Of a DNA stretch of 64,000 nucleotides, positions 1 through 9,160 are shown one piece after another. Location: positions 186,001 to 250,000 of the IMG/VR virus record IMGVR_UViG_3300011113_000640; one strand, given 5' to 3'. A program made the position numbers and the translations under genes. The first letter of the stretch is position 1, and every line of letters starts with the position of its first letter. Below the pieces are notes generated by a model that was given only the letters and a program-made list of their open reading frames with translations, did no database searches and was not told where the DNA came from.

Positions 1-26
1 ATCCCCACTGTACTTATTGTGGGGAT
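1..26 (-). terminator. Stem-loop downstream of the 48..839 gene (possible terminator; flank cut by the window edge)
   Basis: ATCCCCAC(1-8)/GTGGGGAT(19-26) is an 8-bp inverted repeat. On the minus strand the loop region reads ATAAGTA, which resembles the late-promoter motif. Confidence 0.45.
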
Positions 27-47
27 TTTGGGTTGGCTACAAAAAAA

Positions 48-839
48 TTAAGTCTTGTAGTTTTCTACGATAGCAAGATCCAGGTTGCCTGTGCTGAGCT
101 GGCTGGTGCCTGCCCATGTGTCAACTTCGGCGCCCGACTTGGCTGTAACGCCTTCGTCGCTGAAGAAGTTGGCTGCAAACTCAACATCGTTGACCACTTG
201 TGCATAATTCCAAACATCGCCGGTGTTGGCATTGCCACCTGTGGCACCGCCAGCAAAGTTCTGCAAGAACTTGTTGGTCAGTTTGCTGATTGGTGTTTCA
301 GAAGAATCGTTGCTGAAGTAGCTGATGCTCATGTTACCAGCTGTGGGGCTTAAATCGCTGGTAAGAACACAGATACCTACTGCGTTTACACGACCAGAAC
401 CTGTGGAGCCCAAGGCAGCTGTGGCTGTGAAGATGGTTCCAAGTGCTGCGTTTGGAGCACCATAGCTGGCCCAGTCTGTGTTGCCTACCACTGTGATACG
501 ATAGGCTTGATTGGCTACCAAGGCTGTTCGGCTTGTGATATCTGCCACCAAGAATTTGTGTGAACCTTTTTGACGTATGATCTGTCCATCGGCTTCAGCG
601 AATCCTGTCACAAACACACGACACTTGACAATAGGATAGTTGGTGCTGGCCACGGTAGGAGGCTGAGCTCCGCCAACCACGCCTAGATATTCCGTGGCCG
701 AATCCCATACAGGACTAGGGTACACAGGTGCTGTCAAACTAGTTAGTGCATTGAAACCAATGTCTACACCTGGATTTGCACCGGTAGTAGAATTATAACC
801 AGTTTCGATAATTTTTTTAATTTTGAGAGGACGTCCCAT
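48..839 (-). CDS. Virion structural protein (hypothetical)
   Basis: Start moved to MGRPLKIKK (ATG 839), which has an AAGGAG SD upstream. Protein is G/T/A/N-rich and has a TAAATA late motif upstream. Confidence 0.75.
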   Translation of the reverse strand: MGRPLKIKKIIETGYNSTTGANPGVDIGFNALTSLTAPVYPSPVWDSATEYLGVVGGAQPPTVASTNYPIVKCRVFVTGFAEADGQIIRQKGSHKFLVADITSRTALVANQAYRITVVGNTDWASYGAPNAALGTIFTATAALGSTGSGRVNAVGICVLTSDLSPTAGNMSISYFSNDSSETPISKLTNKFLQNFAGGATGGNANTGDVWNYAQVVNDVEFAANFFSDEGVTAKSGAEVDTWAGTSQLSTGNLDLAIVENYKT

Positions 840-867
840 TTTTGTTTTCTCCTTAAAGAAGCCCAAT

Positions 868-925
868 GCGAGTTCTAGTCGCTACGCGGTGGGGTTAATC
901 ACCGCATAAAACGCAGGATTGCGTT
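868..925 (-). ncRNA. Structured 5' leader with three tandem hairpins
   Basis: Plus-strand pairs are AACGCA/TGCGTT (910-925), GCGGTG/CACCGC (886-905) and GCGA/TCGC (868-882). The middle stem extends by a U-G wobble only on the minus strand. The element lies between TAAATA and the SD. Confidence 0.5.
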
Positions 926-931
926 GACAAG

Positions 932-938
932 TATTTAT
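932..938 (-). promoter_or_regulatory. T4-type late promoter (ATAAATA)
   Basis: Resembles the gp55-dependent TATAAATA consensus and lies upstream of a structural gene. Confidence 0.6.
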
Positions 939-973
939 GGCAAGGCAAATATTTTAGGTCAGTACATACAAAT

Positions 974-979
974 TAAATA
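974..979 (+). promoter_or_regulatory. Late promoter TAAATA, 5 nt before the ATG
   Basis: TAAATA-GAACC-ATG(985), no SD. Confidence 0.55.
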
Positions 980-984
980 GAACC

Positions 985-2130
985 ATGCATACAGAAGAAC
1001 TCATAGCGTTAGGCAATCAAGCCCGAGAAGACAACAATCCAGAATTGGCCTTGCAGTACTATGTGCAGGCCTTGACTCAAGATCGCAATTCGGCAAGTGC
1101 ATTCAACAACTATGGCAATGTTTTGAGAGAGTGCGGTGATCCTGCGGGTGCCATACCTTTCTTGCAACGAAGCATAACTTTGGCTCCAGAGCATCCCACT
1201 GCGCAATTCAATTTGGCTGTGGCCTACTTGCTCATGGGCGACTACGAGCGCGGTTGGCCACAGTACGAAACACGCTGGAACTACGAACACCTGGCTGGCA
1301 CGTTGCCCAATTACACACAACCGCGTTGGACTGGACAAGATGTCCGAGACAAAACTGTGTTGATCATGGGCGAGCAAGGTCACGGTGACAACATACAGTT
1401 TGTGAGATTTGTTGAGGATATTAAAACCCGCGGCGCCCGAGTTATCTTGGCAGTCAGCGCCAGCCTCAAACCCTTGTTGCAGGGAGAGGCCATACCCGAC
1501 ATTGTTTGCCCGGGCGACGCCTTGCCAGAGTTTGATTATTGGATTCCCATAATGAGCATACCTGCTGTAGTGGGTAGCACCTTGGAAAATCTTGCTCCTG
1601 TGCAGTATTATCTCACAGCCGACACAGCATTACAACGTACCTGGCAACAACGCCTGGGACCAAAAACTCGCTTGCGTGTGGGCTTCTGTTGGTCGGGCCG
1701 CAGAGACACCTGGATCAATCGTCACAAAGGCATGCCTTTTGCAACCATGTTAGAACTGATAAAAAGAAATCCCACGTATGAATGGGTCAATCTGCAGTGC
1801 GATTGTACCCCTGAAGAAGAAGAAGCCCTGGTAGCTGCAGGAGTCACAGCTTATCCAGGTAGCATACAGAGCTTTGCAGATTCAGCGGCCTTGCTCATGC
1901 ACATGGATGTAGTCTTGAGTGTGGACACCGCTGTGGCGCACCTGGCCGGTGCATTGGGCAGACCTGTGTGGGTCATGCTGAGTCAATATGCTTTGGATTG
2001 GCGCTGGCTGTTGGATCGCGATTCAAGTCCTTGGTACACCACAGCCAGACTGTTCCGTCAACCTCAAATGGGTGATTGGAATTCTATCACTGACAAAATA
2101 CACAAATTTCTAAGCTGGTACAAGGTCTGA
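985..2130 (+). CDS. TPR-containing glycosyltransferase (GT9-like, GT-B fold)
   Basis: N-terminal TPRs (AFNNYGNVL, AQFNLAVAYLLMGDY). GT motifs EQGHGDNIQFVRF, VGFCWSG, DVVLSVDTAVAHLAGALG, DWRWLLDRDSSPWY. Confidence 0.85.
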   Translation: MHTEELIALGNQAREDNNPELALQYYVQALTQDRNSASAFNNYGNVLRECGDPAGAIPFLQRSITLAPEHPTAQFNLAVAYLLMGDYERGWPQYETRWNYEHLAGTLPNYTQPRWTGQDVRDKTVLIMGEQGHGDNIQFVRFVEDIKTRGARVILAVSASLKPLLQGEAIPDIVCPGDALPEFDYWIPIMSIPAVVGSTLENLAPVQYYLTADTALQRTWQQRLGPKTRLRVGFCWSGRRDTWINRHKGMPFATMLELIKRNPTYEWVNLQCDCTPEEEEALVAAGVTAYPGSIQSFADSAALLMHMDVVLSVDTAVAHLAGALGRPVWVMLSQYALDWRWLLDRDSSPWYTTARLFRQPQMGDWNSITDKIHKFLSWYKV

Positions 2131-2997
2131 AGGGCCGTAAACACTGTCAATAAACGTAGGATCAATTCCATACCGAATTAGAACTGACCTGGTTACATCT
2201 AAACATCCAGGGTCTTCGAGTTTTCTGCTGTGTTTCCAGATAATTCTGGTGGGTTCTTGATCAAATTGCTGTGCCTGTTCGTGCATGCCTGCCAGGGTCT
2301 GATGCGTCCATCCACCCGCCGACAACATAGGTGCATCTGGATGCGTGAGAAATTTTATAGGTTTTTCGGAGTCGCAACAGGTAAACGCAAAATAGCTGTC
2401 ATATTCGGTTCCCCCTCCTATGAACATGCTGGGCCAGAGTTGATAATCTCCAAATCTGTCAATCATGTAGGTCCAAAATTTCTTTAATTGATCAACATTC
2501 CAGATCCACGGAGGCATGTTTTGTACTCCGGGTATGCGACTCATGTCTTGATCCAGCAGTTGTGTGGAATTAGGGTACACATCAAGATGCCTGAGTCCAG
2601 GCAATCGGTAGGTGGTTCGATATCGGTCTCCGGTTTTGAATGTGGCCAGGTCAGCTGGTCTCAACAAAAAATCTTTGGCATCAAGCACTATCACATCTTC
2701 AAAGCGTGAATCAAGGCTGAACATGACCTTGTTTACTGCTTGTTCTTTGTAGCCATTGCGATCTTGCACACGACCATCAACAAATTCAAGTTGCCAGTCT
2801 GGCAACAAATCACAGGCCACAGATTTGGTTTGATCATAGAATACTTGCCAATCTTGATCAGTAGTATACGGGGTTATAGAATTGACCACAACGGTGAGAA
2901 AACGATGACCTTGCCAGTTTTTGTTCAGGCAATGGCAAAACATTTTAAACTGCAGAGAATCGTGATTGTAAGTGGCAACAAGTAATTTGTGCGTCAT
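2110..2997 (-). CDS. DUF6492-like putative glycosyltransferase (GT-A-like)
   Basis: The GYKEQAVNK...VIVLDAKDFLLRP pattern resembles DUF6492. TAAATA lies 4 nt before the ATG. Confidence 0.55.
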   Translation of the reverse strand: MTHKLLVATYNHDSLQFKMFCHCLNKNWQGHRFLTVVVNSITPYTTDQDWQVFYDQTKSVACDLLPDWQLEFVDGRVQDRNGYKEQAVNKVMFSLDSRFEDVIVLDAKDFLLRPADLATFKTGDRYRTTYRLPGLRHLDVYPNSTQLLDQDMSRIPGVQNMPPWIWNVDQLKKFWTYMIDRFGDYQLWPSMFIGGGTEYDSYFAFTCCDSEKPIKFLTHPDAPMLSAGGWTHQTLAGMHEQAQQFDQEPTRIIWKHSRKLEDPGCLDVTRSVLIRYGIDPTFIDSVYGPSDLVPA

Positions 2998-3001
2998 GCG
3001 T

Positions 3002-3007
3002 TATTTA
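3002..3007 (-). promoter_or_regulatory. Late promoter TAAATA, 4 nt before the ATG
   Basis: TAAATA-ACGC-ATG(2997). Confidence 0.55.
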
Positions 3008-3028
3008 AATGAACTATTGCAGGTCAAC

Positions 3029-3051
3029 AAAAAAGCGCCTTGCGGCGCTTT
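3029..3051 (-). terminator. Rho-independent terminator after the major capsid gene
   Basis: Minus strand reads AAAGCGCC-GCAA-GGCGCTTTTTT. Confidence 0.85.
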
Positions 3052-3095
3052 CTTGCTTCTTCCCATCCCTGAGAAAAATAAACTGTGTTCTCTGA

Positions 3096-4292
3096 TTAGG
3101 AGAATGACAAGTTCTGAACTGCGATCTCGCCAACATAGTCAGCTGCGTTACCAAAGCTGGATGCTGTGTTGGTCAACTCAACGAAGCCATAACGTGTCAT
3201 GAATGATACGACTGGTTCGAATGTTGTTGGGTCAAGAACAACACCGCTGCTCATTAAAGGAATATATGGGCAATAGAACGCGGCAGCATCTGCCTCGCTT
3301 GTGCCCTTATAACCTACCAACACAGAAGCTGTGTCAGAAGCATAGCTGTTTACAAACACACGCATAGCGCCATTCAATGTACCAACAAACTTGGTGTTTG
3401 TAGGTGCTTCAAATGTGCCTTCTGTTGTGCGAGCAAAAGCTGATGTTGTTGCAGATTGCAACACTGTCAAAGATGCTGGAGATACAACTGCCCAGTTACC
3501 AGCGCCACGACGTGTACGCTGAGCGATCAAGTTAGCAACGCGGTTGATCAACACTGCCAAAGCGGCATGCTCATCACCAACAAATGTTGCTGTACCAGAT
3601 ACTGTTGCTTGGTTGTATGTGTACTCTGTTGCAGCCAATGTGCTGAGCGACAAGAGAATCTCTTGATCAATCTCAGCGGTGATCTCTTGTGCAAGAGCCG
3701 CCATAATTTCAGCTTCAACATCAATACCGTGCATGGCTTGTGCATCTTGAGCAGATTCAAATGTCCAACGAGCTTGGAGTTTGCGTGTCTTAGCTTCAAC
3801 AGCTTGCTTCAAGATCTGTACGGAAATTTGCTTACCGCCTGTGCCTTCCATGGTCGCTGTGTTGTTACCAGTGTAACCTGTGGCTGTTGTGGTAGCCTGG
3901 GGTACAGTGGAGTAAGCTGTAGCGATTGTGAATGGGCTCAAAGCTTCAGAACCAGCTGCAACGCTTGTGGCGGCTGCGGATTGGTCATTCAAGCTCTGTG
4001 CATAGCGCACACGTAATGTGTGGATTTGGCCTACAGGACCTGTCATTGGCTGGACACCAACCAACTCGTTAGCAATAACAGTTGGCATTACACGACGGAT
4101 CACTGGCAGAATCACACGGTTTAATGTAGCGATGTTACCAGATACTGTGGAACCTGAACTTGCATTCTCACGCAAGTATTTCTTTGTGTTTTCAAGGATT
4201 ACGCTCATGGATGAACGCTTGGAGCCAGATAAACCCTCCAAGAGTGCGTCTTTAGTTTCGTCCCAACGACCTTCTAATAATTCTTGTGACAT
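3096..4292 (-). CDS. gp23: Major capsid protein, T4 gp23-like
   Basis: GVQPMTGPVGQIHTLR, TRKLQARWTFESAQD, AEIDQEI, FYCPYIPL, FMTRYG. Confidence 0.97.
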   Translation of the reverse strand: MSQELLEGRWDETKDALLEGLSGSKRSSMSVILENTKKYLRENASSGSTVSGNIATLNRVILPVIRRVMPTVIANELVGVQPMTGPVGQIHTLRVRYAQSLNDQSAAATSVAAGSEALSPFTIATAYSTVPQATTTATGYTGNNTATMEGTGGKQISVQILKQAVEAKTRKLQARWTFESAQDAQAMHGIDVEAEIMAALAQEITAEIDQEILLSLSTLAATEYTYNQATVSGTATFVGDEHAALAVLINRVANLIAQRTRRGAGNWAVVSPASLTVLQSATTSAFARTTEGTFEAPTNTKFVGTLNGAMRVFVNSYASDTASVLVGYKGTSEADAAAFYCPYIPLMSSGVVLDPTTFEPVVSFMTRYGFVELTNTASSFGNAADYVGEIAVQNLSFS

Positions 4293-4319
4293 TTAAGTCT
4301 CCTTTATTAATGTCTTGGA

Positions 4320-5417
4320 TTACAGCCCTGCCAAACGCTTTAGATCGATCACGTTGGATTGTTCTTCAACTTGATCTGCATCTGGACTGCGGGCAGATTT
4401 ATCGCCAGTTGCTACGCTTACAGATTCTGTGATCACTTTACGGGCTTTCACAGTGCCTTCGGCGAGGACAGCTGGTAGATACTTTTCAAAAGCATTAGAC
4501 AAACGACTTGTCTGTACGCTTTCGAGCAAGTTCTTCATGATTTCGCGCTTCTCTTCGTTGAGAGGCGCGAGCAATTCTTCCATGGCGTTGGTACGCTGAT
4601 TGGATTCCTTGATCATGCGGATCTCGCGTTCTTTTGATTCAACAAGAACTTTTGCTTTCTTGGTGAACTGGACGGCTTCGGCCAACTTGGCATCCTTGGT
4701 TGCAATGATGTCGTGCAACTTGCGTACTTCGGCTTTCTCATTGAGATGAGTTGCGCCAAATTCTGCGGCGTATGCTTCAAAGATTCTGCGACCAAAATTG
4801 TTCTCACGAGCAACTTGGATGTCTTCTTTGAGTTGGTTGAGTTCAGCCTTGAGATGTGTGCTAACAGCCGTGGACATTTTCTGGGCGCTTTCTGTTACAA
4901 AACGTGCCTTGAGTTGTTCCAACTTGGCGCGAGCTTCTGCCACCAAACGAACTTTTGTCTCAACGACATCACGTTTGTCTTCGGCAAATTCTTGAATCTC
5001 GCGTGCAAGAGCATGAACAACGAATGATTCTAACTTCTCAATTCCTTCGTTGTGTGTCTTGCGGTCTTTACGCAGTTCGCCAATTTCTTCGGCCAGTTTG
5101 GTGATCATGAAGTTGTTAAACTTGGTTGCATCTTCTTTGATCCGGGCTTGGAACTTGACACGGTCTTCGGCCAGAGCTTGCTTTTCAGCTTGCACTGCTT
5201 GGACTTCTGCGGCTAGACCTTCTGTTACCATACGATCCAGGGCTTCTACCATCACTTGTTTGTCGTGCTCGTAGCGTTGTGCAAACTCTTCGCGGAGTTC
5301 TGCACGTACTTGTTCGCGAGCTTCATTTAACTTGGTTTCCCAAGCCTCAGTAATTTCTTGCTGAGCTTCTTCGCTTAACAGTTCGCTATCTAGTAACGGT
5401 TTAATAGCATCTTGCAT
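4320..5417 (-). CDS. gp22: Prohead core scaffolding protein, gp22-like
   Basis: E/K/A-rich coiled coil with the GRRIFEAY motif, positioned between the protease and capsid genes. Confidence 0.85.
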   Translation of the reverse strand: MQDAIKPLLDSELLSEEAQQEITEAWETKLNEAREQVRAELREEFAQRYEHDKQVMVEALDRMVTEGLAAEVQAVQAEKQALAEDRVKFQARIKEDATKFNNFMITKLAEEIGELRKDRKTHNEGIEKLESFVVHALAREIQEFAEDKRDVVETKVRLVAEARAKLEQLKARFVTESAQKMSTAVSTHLKAELNQLKEDIQVARENNFGRRIFEAYAAEFGATHLNEKAEVRKLHDIIATKDAKLAEAVQFTKKAKVLVESKEREIRMIKESNQRTNAMEELLAPLNEEKREIMKNLLESVQTSRLSNAFEKYLPAVLAEGTVKARKVITESVSVATGDKSARSPDADQVEEQSNVIDLKRLAGL

Positions 5418-5428
5418 GCTTATTTCTC

Positions 5429-6067
5429 CTAGATTTTGAGACCACGTATCAAGCGCATTACTTCGCTTTTTACGTATCTCTGTGCTTTGCCGCTCTTGGC
5501 TGGGTCCTTGAACATTTCCAACAGTCTAGCTCCGCCGGCATGATTTAACAGGCCTTCGTAGATTGCTGTGGGATATGCATTGGGGGCGCTGGGCTGAGCG
5601 ACCACATCTACAGTGACAATTTCAAAGTCACTGACATGTCCGTTGGCGTCGTTGACGTTACCGCTGCCACGACTGCTAACACCTAATTTCACACCGCTTG
5701 TGAGCATGGTTTTGACCAACTCACCCATGGGTGTGGGTAGTATCTTTAATTTTCCATAACCTGCAGGACCATCCATCCACATTTTTTCAATCATGTGGCT
5801 CACACGATCCAGATTGATCTTCAGGTCTTCGGGGTGATCTACTTCGCCCAGAACTGAATGACCAGTGGTGATCTGTTCGTTGATGGTGTCCACTGCTTTG
5901 GCTATTTCGTTGACAGGATATACTCGTTCGTTGGCATTGCGAACTCCGCCCTCAATGCAAATGCCTTTGAGGTACAGATTCTTACCAGATCCATCCGCGG
6001 CTTCCTCAGACAAGATTTCTGCTCTTGCCTGAGTGAAGCTTAGATGTTCTCTTAGATAGCGAGCCAT
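5429..6067 (-). CDS. gp21: Prohead protease, gp21-like
   Basis: NANERVYP, LGEVDHP, LGVSSRGSG, VDVVAQPSAPNAY. Confidence 0.95.
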   Translation of the reverse strand: MARYLREHLSFTQARAEILSEEAADGSGKNLYLKGICIEGGVRNANERVYPVNEIAKAVDTINEQITTGHSVLGEVDHPEDLKINLDRVSHMIEKMWMDGPAGYGKLKILPTPMGELVKTMLTSGVKLGVSSRGSGNVNDANGHVSDFEIVTVDVVAQPSAPNAYPTAIYEGLLNHAGGARLLEMFKDPAKSGKAQRYVKSEVMRLIRGLKI

Positions 6068-6076
6068 ATCTAACTG

Positions 6077-6943
6077 TTAAGCCTTAGGAAATGGAGTTTT
6101 GGTGTTTACACCAGTGGCTTGTGCAAGGTGTGGCTTGGTAGCTGGTGTCATTTTCTTGTCACCGCCTACGCTGTTTTGCACTTTGCCAATCAACTCACCA
6201 GCTTTGGGAGCTGTGCGACCTTCGGCTGTGTCACCAGTCATTTTTACAGGACTAGCTACAGCACCTTTGGCGCCACTGTTGTTGGCATTGGTGCTCTTGG
6301 TGTTTGTGCCAGCTGGTTCAGATGTAACAGGAGCAGGAGCTTTGGCAAGATTAACTGCTTCCATCATGCCCATTTCAATTTCTTCTGAATCAGACTCTTC
6401 CTCTTCTTCGCCGTTGCCCATGTCAAAATCGGCTGTTTCTGTGTCGTCCATTTCTAAGTCGTCACCGCCCATTTCGTCACCAACTGCATCACCGCCTTCG
6501 TCGCCCATAAGGGACTCAAATTCGGCCATGAGTTCGTCTAATTTGTCTTCTAAGTCGACTACGCGATCTTCAAGATCTTCTTCGCCTTCGCCTTCTTGCA
6601 TTTCCATGCCTTGTTCTTCGGCTTCAACGTCGTTCATGAGTTCTTCATCGGCCATCATGGACTCGTCCATTTCTTCGTCTTCTTCCTCGTCCATGCGCTC
6701 TTTACGATCTTTTTTGTCGTCGTACTCGATGTCCTTGGTGACTTTCTCGCCGGCTTTTTCAGCTTTTTCGTCTTCTTTGTCAGTGGACTCGGCTTCGTCT
6801 AACTCTTCCTCTTCTTCTTCAGTCATGAGGTTTTCGTAGATTTCGCGGCTTTTTTCTACTACTATTTCGTGGAATAGTTCTTTGGCTTTCGCCTCTTCGT
6901 CGTTGATCACGTATTCGATCAACTGTTCAAATTTCGATGTCAT
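6077..6943 (-). CDS. Highly acidic prohead core/internal protein (gp67-like position)
   Basis: D/E-rich low-complexity protein in the head module, with an AAGGAG SD. Confidence 0.7.
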   Translation of the reverse strand: MTSKFEQLIEYVINDEEAKAKELFHEIVVEKSREIYENLMTEEEEEELDEAESTDKEDEKAEKAGEKVTKDIEYDDKKDRKERMDEEEDEEMDESMMADEELMNDVEAEEQGMEMQEGEGEEDLEDRVVDLEDKLDELMAEFESLMGDEGGDAVGDEMGGDDLEMDDTETADFDMGNGEEEEESDSEEIEMGMMEAVNLAKAPAPVTSEPAGTNTKSTNANNSGAKGAVASPVKMTGDTAEGRTAPKAGELIGKVQNSVGGDKKMTPATKPHLAQATGVNTKTPFPKA

Positions 6944-6976
6944 ATTATCTCCTTCGTAGGTTATGGCTCGTGATAA

Positions 6977-6982
6977 TATTTA
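6977..6982 (-). promoter_or_regulatory. Late promoter TAAATA for the head operon
   Basis: TAAATA ~35 nt upstream of ATG 6943. Confidence 0.55.
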
Positions 6983-7043
6983 CATATTATCTAAAATATT
7001 GGTACTTTTGAGGTGTAAAACTGGAGGTTTTATGACTGCAATA

Positions 7044-7265
7044 TTACAGTGCAGGTGCCGCCGGCGGAGGTGCGTACTGCTTCTTGATATCTTTGAGTTT
7101 TTCTTTGTATTCAAAACTTCTTACATCATTCATCTGACGCAGTTTGTTCAACTGTTTCAGAGTCAATCGTGTCTTGCGCAGATCACCCAGGCGTGGCTGG
7201 CTATTGTCCTGCGACACATCCTGATAGGCTTCGGGGCTACGCTCGTAGATTTCGTTGAGGATCAT
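7044..7265 (-). CDS. Small head-module protein (73 aa, MILNEIY...)
   Basis: Start moved to ATG 7265, which removes the overlap with the portal gene. TAAATA (7270-7275) lies 4 nt upstream. Confidence 0.7.
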   Translation of the reverse strand: MILNEIYERSPEAYQDVSQDNSQPRLGDLRKTRLTLKQLNKLRQMNDVRSFEYKEKLKDIKKQYAPPPAAPAL

Positions 7266-7275
7266 ACTGTATTTA

Positions 7276-9111
7276 TTAGAGTCCAGGCACGCCAGCTGGT
7301 GCCGGTGCTCCAGCTGTACCAGCGGTTCCGGGTGCAGTGGTAGGTGCTCCTGGTATGCCCTGCGGTGCGCCACCTTCGGCACCCAGTTCAGCACCAGCCA
7401 GTTCTTGGCCTGTGGCTATGTCGCTTTCTAGTCCGGCAGGTGTGATGCCTATGGCCCGCAGATCTTGTCCTTGCGTGGTGGCCAATTCAGGCTCGTCGCG
7501 CTCTTCCTTCCACATCTGTTCGTTTTCCATGATCTCTTCGTCGGACAGACCCAGGTAGCGTTTCATCATAAAACGCTTGCTGAGATACGGCAAAGGTTCC
7601 AAGCTGGTAAATGCCTGTATGCGGCTGGTGTCCAATTCGGCTTGACGATAACTGGCAAAATTCTGTGGTTCGCACAGCGCAATCGTGAACAAGCCAGCAT
7701 CAATGTTGAAACCTCTCCAGCGCAGGAACATCTTGAATTCGTCGTCCAGCTTCTGCATGATCAGGCCTTGCAGACGCTCGCAATACTGGTTGAAGCGATA
7801 TTCTTGTATAAGTGCGGTGCCTACTCGACCATCGTTCATGGCTCGATCTGAGTCGTCGGGACCTGTGGGCAGGTAGCTGCTTGGCACACGCAGACCACGT
7901 GCCATCTTGTTGTTGAAGTATTTTAAATCGTCGATTTCACCTAGATTGGCGCCACCGGGCAGGGTAGTGACGTCCGAACCTTTGCTGTCTGCGCTGACCG
8001 GAAAAAAGTAGTCTTCGTTGATACTAAGCGGGTTGTAGCTGGCATCCATCATGTTGGCACCACCACCGGTGTTGGTAGGGATCCTGCGTTGATGCATTTC
8101 GTTTTTGACCCGTTCCACAAACTGCATGGCCATGTGGCTGGGCATGTTGCCCACGTCAATCTTGAATATCCTACGTTCTGGAGCACGTTGCACACGGTAG
8201 ATCAACACTGAATCTTCCAGCAATTCTTTTTGCTTGAATACCTTGAATATGTTTTCCAAGATACTTTGTCCAAACGGCCAGAAAAAATCCAAGCCTTCGT
8301 TCAAGCTGAGATGCACCACATGCCTGGCATCAATACAGGTTTCGTTCATGGCCTGTGTGAATCTACTGTTGCCTGTTCCGCCACCTGCACCGCCATAGCC
8401 ACCACCATTGGGTGCTGTGTAGTTGTTTTGTCCGGCCACGCCTGTGGCACGGCTTACGTAGTAGTCTGACGTGGTCTTTTGTGCCACGCTCATGTTCTGG
8501 AAGTTAGGGTTGATGTCACGTATGATATACTGCTCAGGACGCTTGCCTTCGCTTTCGTTGACAATCACACGGGCCACTTTGACCATGTCTACCCACATCA
8601 TTTCAAAGGTCTCTGGGTCACGCACAAACACCTGATCGCCATACTTGATGGTGTTGCGGAACAGTTTAAATATGCGCTGATCCAGCTTGTTGAGCTTGGT
8701 CCACTGTTGCAACTGTTTTTTGATGATTTCTACTTCGTGGTCAGTGGGTTTGTCTGTAAACTGTATTTCAAACGGAGTCTTGTTGTCTTGATTGATCTGT
8801 GTTGAAAATTCTGCTATGATATCCAAACAGGCATTGACTTCACTATCGCAGTCCATGTTTTCATACTGATTGTAGCGTTCAATACGGTTGGGATGTCCGC
8901 TGTAAACTTCGGGCAAGCGTGACGCATAGTTGCGGAAAGCAAAATCGTTGGGTGTGCCTGTGCCGTCAGCATAGCCCACTCCGGTTTGTCTGGGATAATT
9001 TGGAAGTCCAAATTGGTTTTGTCCGCTGATTGGACTGAGTTGGCCGCCGGTGTTGGCGACCTTGAAATACTTTTTCCAGCCGCGTTTACGGTTATTGTCG
9101 TTGTCTGCCAT
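7276..9111 (-). CDS. gp20: Portal protein, gp20-like
   Basis: LLEDSVLIYRVQRAPERRIFKIDVGNMP, EDYFFP, TTLPGGANLGEIDDLKYF, LRVPSSYL. Confidence 0.96.
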   Translation of the reverse strand: MADNDNNRKRGWKKYFKVANTGGQLSPISGQNQFGLPNYPRQTGVGYADGTGTPNDFAFRNYASRLPEVYSGHPNRIERYNQYENMDCDSEVNACLDIIAEFSTQINQDNKTPFEIQFTDKPTDHEVEIIKKQLQQWTKLNKLDQRIFKLFRNTIKYGDQVFVRDPETFEMMWVDMVKVARVIVNESEGKRPEQYIIRDINPNFQNMSVAQKTTSDYYVSRATGVAGQNNYTAPNGGGYGGAGGGTGNSRFTQAMNETCIDARHVVHLSLNEGLDFFWPFGQSILENIFKVFKQKELLEDSVLIYRVQRAPERRIFKIDVGNMPSHMAMQFVERVKNEMHQRRIPTNTGGGANMMDASYNPLSINEDYFFPVSADSKGSDVTTLPGGANLGEIDDLKYFNNKMARGLRVPSSYLPTGPDDSDRAMNDGRVGTALIQEYRFNQYCERLQGLIMQKLDDEFKMFLRWRGFNIDAGLFTIALCEPQNFASYRQAELDTSRIQAFTSLEPLPYLSKRFMMKRYLGLSDEEIMENEQMWKEERDEPELATTQGQDLRAIGITPAGLESDIATGQELAGAELGAEGGAPQGIPGAPTTAPGTAGTAGAPAPAGVPGL

Positions 9112-9160
9112 GGTTGTATATTTAGCGGAGCCCAGCCTAGCTACAGCAGATTCTCAGTGC

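Noticed and set aside
3456-6839. Long plus-strand ORFs opposite the head genes (e.g. 3456..4016, 6099..6839)
   Set aside because: They are antisense shadows of well-supported genes, explained by codon bias, with no motifs or SD.
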